Program-made: the position numbers and the translations under genes
Source of the DNA: Bacillota bacterium
Lineage (GTDB): Bacteria > Bacillota > Clostridia > Lachnospirales > Lachnospiraceae
DNA: 64,000 nt
Direction of reading: 5' to 3'
Assembly (NCBI GenBank): GCA_023439505.1
Contig: JAEXNR010000051.1
Span: forward strand, 35,367 to 99,366
Shown: piece by piece, positions 57,344 through 64,000 of the stretch
Layout of the letters: each line of letters opens with the position of its first letter
How positions within the stretch are numbered: the first letter of the stretch is position 1
Notes under the pieces: generated by a model
Databases searched by the model: none
What the model was told of the DNA's origin: nothing
Seen by the model: the letters and a program-made list of their open reading frames with translations, nothing else

Positions 57344-59584
57344 ATGAAGAATTTTAGTAGAATTGCGAATACTATTATGGTATTGTCCTGTTGTTTTATT
57401 TTCATCTCTATTATAACAACACTCGATCATAGTAAGGGTATTGTTCAAAATGGTAAGATAGATGTAAGAAATATTGATGACAATGCGGTTATCAAAATGA
57501 AGGGTACGTGGGGATTTTACTGGAATCAGCTGGTATCACAAGAGGGTAAGATCGGGGATACCGGTGAAATCCAATTTGTTCCTGTGCCATCGGAATGGTC
57601 TTCTTACCGGGATGTAAATCATGAGAGGCGTTCTGTTTTTGGATACGCTACCTACAAAGTAGTCATCAGGGGAACCATAGGAGATCATCTGGCACTTAAA
57701 TTGCCGCAAATCGGTTCGGCGTATCGCTTATGGATTGATGGCAAGGTACGATTTAGCAGCGGTCAGGTAGGGAGGAATGAGGAGTCTTCTAAGCCTAAAT
57801 GGACAACAAAGGTAGTGGGTTTTGATGTTCAATCAGAACAAACTGAAATTCTTTTGGAAATCTCGAATTATCATTATTTCCGGTCGGGAATTACAAATCA
57901 GATTATGATTGGGAAGGAAGGGGCCATACAGTCCTATACCTATCACCGGTTGTTTTCGGATATTATGATATTTGCTGCATTGCTTATTATGTTCGTCTTT
58001 TTCATATTAATATTTTTTATACATCACAACAAAACATATATCTATTTGGCGCTGTTTTCTGCGGCTGTATCGCTGCGTCCTTTATTGTATGGAGAAGTAT
58101 ATTTTAACTCGTTATTTCCGAACATTAATTTTCAATGTAACACAAAACTGTATTTTGTTAATTTTATTGTGATGCCGCTTCTTTATTCATATTTGTACCA
58201 TCAGTACAATGGTGTGTTAAACGGGCGTTATTACAAAATGGTCAGTTATCCTTTTTTTCTGATTCTCCTTGCCGGGTTATTGGTTCCCGTGAAGTATATG
58301 AATTATCCTGTAATTATGTTGGAGGCGCTGATTCCTGTCTTTACCTGGCTATGTATTTATTTATTATATAAAGCATATCAGCAGAAAAAAACGGAGATCA
58401 GGATCAACATGATAAGTGTGGTCTTACTATTTGTCTTATCTATTGTTGACATTCTTAACAATATGAAAAAGATTGATCTAAACTTGTACTATATCCCAAT
58501 CGGCTTATTGCTGATTGCTTTTGTACAGGCATTTTTGCAATTTTGTAAATTTCGGGAAAATACATTGCAAAATATTGAACTGGTTCGTCAGATGGATATC
58601 AAAAACCTGAATATTGAACAGGAAACGCGACAAAGATATGTGGCAGAGAAATTGAATTCCGGATTAAGAACAATCATATCAAAACTTGAGTTTGAAGATT
58701 TGCTGGTGAATATCCTGGATAACCTTTACCAAATCGTTGAGTGTGATGAAACACAGATTGCACTCAATATTGATCATAAATATAGCTTTCATGCAGTGAA
58801 GTTGAAAGACAACAATACCATATGTACTCAATTAGAAGGTGAGTTTGATTTTCGTAAGTTTGGATTTATAGATCAGGGTCAGAGGACATTAATGTTCTCA
58901 GTTAATGAGGATGAAAATGACACTACTATTTTTAAACCGCTTTATCATAAAGACAACTTGTTTTGTGTGATAAAGATCAGGGTCAGAAGAAAAGAAGAAG
59001 ATTTAATGAATGATCTTCAAGTCATCGAACTCTACTGCGATGAGTGCGCACTGGTGCTAAAAAATGCAATGTCCTATAAGAGAATCAAAGAACTTGCAAT
59101 GCTTGATGAGCTTACCATGATCTACAACCGAAGATATCTTCTGAAAAGAGGTGCGGAAGAATTACACAGGGATAATGGAACAGATTTTGGCGTGATTATG
59201 ATGGATATCGACCATTTTAAAAAAATTAATGATAATTATGGACATCTATTTGGGGATGATATTATTAAAAGCGTAGCAGACATCTGCAAAAGCTGTATGC
59301 CGGAGAATTCTGTAATCGGAAGATACGGCGGTGAAGAGTTTATCATATTCTTAAAGAATATCAAGTTGGAAGGTATTCTTGCATTGGCCGAAAAATTTAG
59401 AATTGAAGTGGAAAAAAAGAAGTATGTCAGTCAGAATGATATCATAAAGATTACCATCAGTATTGGAATCGCTATGAGACAAAGGAAACAAGATCTTTAT
59501 CAGGTGATTCACAAGGCAGATAACGCATTGTATGAAGCGAAAAGTGCGGGACGAAACTGCATTCGTGTCGCTGACCATAAATGA
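57344..59584 (+). CDS. Membrane diguanylate cyclase (extracellular beta-sandwich, 7TM-DISM-like, GAF-like, GGEEF)
   Basis: G.W.FYWNQL, VP..W, GYATY; ~7 TM block; D.LT.IYNRR, DIDHFK.IND.YGH..GD, RYGGEEF, AD.ALY.AK..GRN. Confidence 0.92.
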   Translation: MKNFSRIANTIMVLSCCFIFISIITTLDHSKGIVQNGKIDVRNIDDNAVIKMKGTWGFYWNQLVSQEGKIGDTGEIQFVPVPSEWSSYRDVNHERRSVFGYATYKVVIRGTIGDHLALKLPQIGSAYRLWIDGKVRFSSGQVGRNEESSKPKWTTKVVGFDVQSEQTEILLEISNYHYFRSGITNQIMIGKEGAIQSYTYHRLFSDIMIFAALLIMFVFFILIFFIHHNKTYIYLALFSAAVSLRPLLYGEVYFNSLFPNINFQCNTKLYFVNFIVMPLLYSYLYHQYNGVLNGRYYKMVSYPFFLILLAGLLVPVKYMNYPVIMLEALIPVFTWLCIYLLYKAYQQKKTEIRINMISVVLLFVLSIVDILNNMKKIDLNLYYIPIGLLLIAFVQAFLQFCKFRENTLQNIELVRQMDIKNLNIEQETRQRYVAEKLNSGLRTIISKLEFEDLLVNILDNLYQIVECDETQIALNIDHKYSFHAVKLKDNNTICTQLEGEFDFRKFGFIDQGQRTLMFSVNEDENDTTIFKPLYHKDNLFCVIKIRVRRKEEDLMNDLQVIELYCDECALVLKNAMSYKRIKELAMLDELTMIYNRRYLLKRGAEELHRDNGTDFGVIMMDIDHFKKINDNYGHLFGDDIIKSVADICKSCMPENSVIGRYGGEEFIIFLKNIKLEGILALAEKFRIEVEKKKYVSQNDIIKITISIGIAMRQRKQDLYQVIHKADNALYEAKSAGRNCIRVADHK

Positions 59585-59669
59585 TCTGAGAAAACTCATT
59601 TCTTTGCCTGATGATCGCACTATCTCAGTAACACAAGTGTTAATGGACAATGCCGGTAAATCCCCGGTA

Positions 59670-59711
59670 GCTTTTATCGAATAGAAATGTTCGCCCTATT
59701 CGATAAAAAGC
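59670..59711. terminator. Bidirectional terminator between the DGC gene and serS
   Basis: GCTTTTATCGAATAG-loop-CTATTCGATAAAAAGC. Confidence 0.8.
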
Positions 59712-59758
59712 ATTTTACACCGGATGAATCTGCATGCAATATCTGTTGACAGAAAAAA

Positions 59759-61036
59759 TTATTTAATTACGGTCATTTGTCCCATGTATGGTCGGAGAGC
59801 AGCAGGGATATTGATAGAACCATCTTCATTAAGATTATTTTCTAAAAAGGCAATCAGCATTCTGGGAGGAGCAACAACAGTGTTATTTAATGTATGTGCA
59901 AAGTACTTCCCACTCTCACCGGTTACTCTGATCTTTAATCGGCGTGCCTGAGCATCCCCCAGATTGGAACAGCTTCCTACTTCAAAGTATTTGTTTTGTC
60001 TTGGAGACCAGGCCTCCACATCGATGGATTTCACCTTTAAATCAGCAAGATCGCCGGAGCAGCATTCCAATGTTCTGACAGGGATATCAAGTGTACGGAA
60101 TAAATCCACTGTATTTTGCCATAACTTCTCAAACCATATCATACTTTCTTCCGGTTTGCATACAACGATCATTTCCTGTTTTTCAAATTGGTGAATTCGA
60201 TATACGCCACGTTCTTCCAGACCATGTGCTCCTTTTTCTTTTCTGAAGCAGGGAGAATAACTGGTCAATGTCTGAGGAAGGCTTTCCTCCGGTAAAATCG
60301 TATCAATAAATTTTCCAATCATGGAATGTTCGCTGGTACCAATCAGATATAAATCTTCCCCTTCAATTTTATACATCATGGCATCCATTTCTGCAAAGCT
60401 CATAACACCGGTAACAACATCACTGCGGATCATAAAAGGTGGTATACAGTAGGTAAATCCACGGTCAATCATGAAATCTCTGGCATAACTGATTACCGCA
60501 GAATGAAGACGAGCAATATTACCCATTAAGTAATAAAAGCCATTCCCGGCAACCTTTCTGGCGCTGTCTAAATCAATACCATTCAGCTTTTCCATAATAT
60601 CGGTATGATAAGGGATTTCAAATTCGGGTACAAAAGGCTCGCCATAGCGCTGCACTTCTACATTCTCGCTGTCATCCTTACCGATGGGTACACTTGGATC
60701 GATGATGTTTGGTATTGTCATCATGATTTTTTGGATGCGTTCCTGTAATTGAGTTTCTTTGGCCTCCAGTTCTGCAAGATGCTCCGAATCAGCAGTAACC
60801 TCTTTTTTGAGTGCTTCTGCTTCCTCTTTCTTACCCTGCCCCATAAGAACGCCAATCTGCTTGGAAAGCTTGTTTCTTTCAAAACGTAATGCGTCGGCTT
60901 CTGTTTTGGTACCACGACTCTCGGTATCAAGGGCAATTACCTCATCAACCAGTTCTAATTTATTGTCCTGAAATTTGTTTCTGATATTTTGCTTTACAAT
61001 CTCCGGATTTTCTCTTACGAATTTTAAATCCAACAT
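59759..61036 (-). CDS. serS: Seryl-tRNA synthetase
   Basis: MLDLKFVREN, LIGTSE, CFRKE.G, YRIHQFEK.E, E.GSCSN..D.QARRL, HTLNN. Confidence 0.97.
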   Translation of the reverse strand: MLDLKFVRENPEIVKQNIRNKFQDNKLELVDEVIALDTESRGTKTEADALRFERNKLSKQIGVLMGQGKKEEAEALKKEVTADSEHLAELEAKETQLQERIQKIMMTIPNIIDPSVPIGKDDSENVEVQRYGEPFVPEFEIPYHTDIMEKLNGIDLDSARKVAGNGFYYLMGNIARLHSAVISYARDFMIDRGFTYCIPPFMIRSDVVTGVMSFAEMDAMMYKIEGEDLYLIGTSEHSMIGKFIDTILPEESLPQTLTSYSPCFRKEKGAHGLEERGVYRIHQFEKQEMIVVCKPEESMIWFEKLWQNTVDLFRTLDIPVRTLECCSGDLADLKVKSIDVEAWSPRQNKYFEVGSCSNLGDAQARRLKIRVTGESGKYFAHTLNNTVVAPPRMLIAFLENNLNEDGSINIPAALRPYMGQMTVIK

Positions 61037-61152
61037 ATGATTCCCTCCTAAAATAATGAATGAATAAGGTGATGTAACTAACAATGACTTTAGTTGAATA
61101 GAAACGAGAATATCAAGTTTCGATCCTTATGAAACAATTGGATTCAGGCAAT

Positions 61153-61378
61153 AAAAAAATTCCTTTGCCCAAAACCTAAATGGGACGAAAGGAATCCGCG
61201 TTGCCACCCAATTTACCGAATGAAATCATCCGGTCGCTCGATAGTAGGATATAGGGTACCAGCCTTCGGCTCATCGCCGACAGTTCCAAAAGTGGAAAGA
61301 TCTCATCGTTCACCGATTCACACCATCCATCGGCTCTCTGCAGAAGTAAGAAATCGTAGCTTTTATCATCACTGTTAA
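61153..61378 (-). ncRNA. T-box riboswitch (Ser) leader of serS
   Basis: Minus strand: GATGA, AGAGAG and GGTGTGAA boxes; candidate specifier UCC (61296-61294); T-box AATTGGGTGGCAACGCGG; terminator ending in a T-run. Confidence 0.9.
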
Positions 61379-61395
61379 TTGTTATATTTTCTCCT

Positions 61396-61424
61396 ATTAT
61401 ATATTCTTTTATGCCTCTTTGCAA
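61396..61424 (-). promoter_or_regulatory. SigA promoter of the serS leader
   Basis: TTGCAA-17-TATAAT. Confidence 0.7.
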
Positions 61425-61484
61425 GAAAAATATGGTTTATGTAAATGAATTAGCTCAGCGAACGAAATCTGCGGTATCTTCTAG

Positions 61485-61525
61485 AAAAAAATAAAGCTAA
61501 AAGTGAAAGGGTGTACTTTTAGCTT
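61485..61525 (-). terminator. Terminator of the CBS gene
   Basis: AAGCTAAAAGT...ACTTTTAGCTT with a T-run on the minus strand. Confidence 0.7.
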
Positions 61526-61558
61526 AATATTTTAGACACTGCCTGAGAATAATATTTG

Positions 61559-61990
61559 TTATAATCTGAAGTCTGTATTTGGCTGAGAAATATTCTTTAA
61601 AGCGTCCTCCGCATCATCTTGCTGTGTGGGTTCCAAAGAAATATCACCCAATGCGACGATTCCGACAAGACTGTTGTTTTCAACGATTGGTAATCTTCTG
61701 ATTTGTTTATCGCTCATGATTTTCGCTGCATCGTGGACATTCATATCAGGACTTCCGACCACTGGATTTGAGGTCATAATATCACTGACCTTCTGACTGC
61801 TTGGATTTTGACCGGAAGCCACGGTTCTGAGTGCGATATCACGGTCCGTCACAATACCTACAATTTTGTCGTTATTACAAACGGGAATGGACCCCACATC
61901 ATGCTGCTGCATTAGTTTTGCGGCCTTTTCAATAGAATCATTCGAGTTTAAACTTGCAATATCTCTTGACATAATTTCTTTTACTTTCAT
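61559..61990 (-). CDS. Tandem CBS-domain protein (YhcV-like)
   Basis: MKVKEIMS, AA.LM...DVG.IPV, GIVTDRDI, QIRRLP.VE, VALGD. Confidence 0.9.
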   Translation of the reverse strand: MKVKEIMSRDIASLNSNDSIEKAAKLMQQHDVGSIPVCNNDKIVGIVTDRDIALRTVASGQNPSSQKVSDIMTSNPVVGSPDMNVHDAAKIMSDKQIRRLPIVENNSLVGIVALGDISLEPTQQDDAEDALKNISQPNTDFRL

Positions 61991-62005
61991 AATCATCACC
62001 TCCAA

Positions 62006-62038
62006 TATTATGTTGCCCAGTGTGAAGCGTTTTTATCA
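62006..62038 (-). promoter_or_regulatory. Forespore sigF/sigG-like promoter
   Basis: Minus strand TGATA-16-GGCAACATAATA. Confidence 0.45.
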
Positions 62039-62096
62039 TGGAAGGTAATTCTTAACCTTACTATATCTTGAAAATTAAAATTTGAAAAATGTTATA

Positions 62097-62870
62097 TTAT
62101 TCGTTCTCTGTCTGGAATTTAACTATGAACCTTGTTAAAAAGTTACCCTTACCTCTCCCTTTAATATAAAAATAACCAAAGAGGGAAAATACGGCAGCAC
62201 CGATAAAATTAACGATTAAGTCCATCATGGTATCGATCAGACCGATATCAATATAAGCCTTCCAGGGCTCCCCGTTAACGGTTACGTCATGGATATTCAC
62301 TGTAATCGGGACATTTTTTCCCTCCGCATTCAGAAGTACCGTACGAATGGTTTGAATGAAAGTATCTTTTTGCATATCGGTTCCGGCAAGCTGATCCATG
62401 CCAAATTCAAAAAATTCCCAAACGACTCCGATGGTCATAGAAAAGCAGAAGGCCACCAGTGCAACAAAAACCGGAGACAATGAAATGGAAAATTTCTCAT
62501 GTTTATTTAATATATCAATTAAGGAAAAACCGATTGCCGCGGATAAGAATCCGTTCAGGGTATGTAATATGGTATCCCAATAGGGAAAAATTAAATAATA
62601 GGAATTGATTTCTCCCAATATCTCCGCGGAAAAGATAAAAAGAAGGATAATTGTCTCCAGGGTATCCGGAATATCAATATGCACTCTCTTCTCAATAAAA
62701 CTGGGAATTAAGAAGAGAAACAAGGTTAGGATACAGAGAAATACATTTTCGTAATTTTTTTCGTGAAGTTGATCTAATAAAATCAAAATAACAGAAAGTC
62801 TTAATATTAAATATACAATGGATATTACTTTGTATTGTTTCGCATGTTTTGATTTAAAATGTTTTGGCAT
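62097..62870 (-). CDS. Conserved membrane protein (DUF2238/YjdF-like)
   Basis: LGEI..YY...PYWD.ILH, F.MTIGV.WEFFEF, GL.DTM.DLIVN.IGA. Confidence 0.7.
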   Translation of the reverse strand: MPKHFKSKHAKQYKVISIVYLILRLSVILILLDQLHEKNYENVFLCILTLFLFLIPSFIEKRVHIDIPDTLETIILLFIFSAEILGEINSYYLIFPYWDTILHTLNGFLSAAIGFSLIDILNKHEKFSISLSPVFVALVAFCFSMTIGVVWEFFEFGMDQLAGTDMQKDTFIQTIRTVLLNAEGKNVPITVNIHDVTVNGEPWKAYIDIGLIDTMMDLIVNFIGAAVFSLFGYFYIKGRGKGNFLTRFIVKFQTENE

Positions 62871-63070
62871 GATTATCTCCTATGTACTTTTAATACCTAT
62901 TACGATAAAGCATTCCAAGCCAAATGTCAAATAAAGATGCTGCTTTGAGAGCATTTGTCAAACTCATATTCCCGGTTTGAATGGGGATGGAACAGTAACA
63001 TTTATTAAGAATATTTTTATCATATCGATCAATACTATGGTTAAGGTCGTCGAGAAATAAGAGGTAGGAT

Positions 63071-64000
63071 ATGAAAAAGATACTTGTGATTTTTACGGGG
63101 GGTACCATTGGAAGCCAAATCAAGGATGCCACGATCGATGTAGATGCTGCAGCCGGTGGAGAAATTCTTAAGATGTTTCATGAAAAGTATGTCAGGAATA
63201 TAGAATTTGAAACGATGCAGCCACTCAATATTCTGAGTGAAAATTCCAATCCCATGTACTGGCAGGTTTTGTATAATGCAATGAAAAACCTTAATTTTCA
63301 ATCGTATTCCGGTATTATTATCACCCATGGGTCGGATACTCTTCCATATACCGGTGCATTCATCGGCTTTTTATTTCATTATTTGGAGATTCCCATTGTG
63401 ATTACCGCAAGTAATTATACCCTGGGGAGAGCAAAGAGCAACGGATTAACCAATTTTATCAATTCGGTGGAACTAATTCATGAGTCAGGGTTAAAAGGGA
63501 TCTACTCCGTATTTCAGAATAATAAAAATAAAAGCAAAATATTCCTTTCTACCAGAATACAGGAGGCGGACGCTTATCAGGATCAGTTTATTAGTTTTGG
63601 CGGTTCTGATCTGGGAGAAATTCAAAATGGTAAGGTGTTACTTCACAGATCCGCTGTTAATCCCACAAGAAAGCAACTGAATGAGCATAGAGTCAAGCTT
63701 CTTGGAGATGACCTATACTTTGTGAACAGAATTACAGCCATAAAACCGTATCCCGGATTGGTTTATCGGGATTTTAATTTTCCGGTAAAGCCAAGTGCCA
63801 TTTTACACAGCTTGTATCATTCCGGTACAGGTTGCATTCATGGTGGCCGGTATTCCCTGCCTGATTTTGTGAAAAAGTGTATCGAATCAGGGATTGATTT
63901 TTATATTATTTCTTTAAAGAATGTGGAGAGTGATTTATATATTACCAGCAGGGAAATTATGGAGGCCGGAGCGATTCCACTGCAAAATATTTCTTTTGAA
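63071..64000 (+). CDS. L-asparaginase (type I-like), 3'-truncated by window edge; absent from ORF track
   Basis: Manual translation: MKKILVIFTGGTIGS, ILSEN, GIIITHGSDTL.Y, PIV.TAS; GAGGTAGG RBS. Confidence 0.85.
   Translation, partial: MKKILVIFTGGTIGSQIKDATIDVDAAAGGEILKMFHEKYVRNIEFETMQPLNILSENSNPMYWQVLYNAMKNLNFQSYSGIIITHGSDTLPYTGAFIGFLFHYLEIPIVITASNYTLGRAKSNGLTNFINSVELIHESGLKGIYSVFQNNKNKSKIFLSTRIQEADAYQDQFISFGGSDLGEIQNGKVLLHRSAVNPTRKQLNEHRVKLLGDDLYFVNRITAIKPYPGLVYRDFNFPVKPSAILHSLYHSGTGCIHGGRYSLPDFVKKCIESGIDFYIISLKNVESDLYITSREIMEAGAIPLQNISFE

Noticed and set aside
61176..61424. 82-aa ORF upstream of serS
   Set aside because: Coincides with the T-box leader and promoter.
806..63328. Numerous short antisense or alternate-frame ORFs in the track
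   Set aside because: They overlap well-supported genes and show no RBS or recognisable motifs.

Overview
Chromosomal window from a low-GC, spore-forming anaerobic Firmicute (gene content and style suggest Clostridia, probably Lachnospiraceae; inference). Left to right: a 5'-truncated beta-helix surface protein; a CsxC-like spore protein; a DUF2089/SHOCT/4TM-holin operon; a PLP aminotransferase; a polyol/sugar locus (sensor SBP, YesM/YesN-type two-component system, CUT2 ABC transporter, Zn polyol dehydrogenase); a ~15 kb amino-acid/amine catabolic operon of unknown substrate (LIV-type ABC, Fe-ADH, class III aminotransferase, 2-hydroxyacid dehydrogenase, Rid, five-gene Fe-S flavoprotein amine dehydrogenase, racemase-family protein, AEC transporter, FadR/GntR); putP; sstT; small membrane/DUF genes; a complete echABCDEF-hypABFCDE hydrogenase locus; GTP-PEPCK with a Rex-like box; a 7TM diguanylate cyclase behind a c-di-GMP-II riboswitch; T-box-regulated serS; a CBS protein; and a 3'-truncated asparaginase. 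No CRISPR array, rRNA, tRNA or intact mobile element was seen. Top leads: (1) an apparent c-di-GMP ON-switch driving an I-site-less cyclase (positive feedback); (2) the unassigned catabolic operon and its double-terminator leader; (3) several structured non-coding repeats. All family calls are from motif recognition by eye, not database searches.
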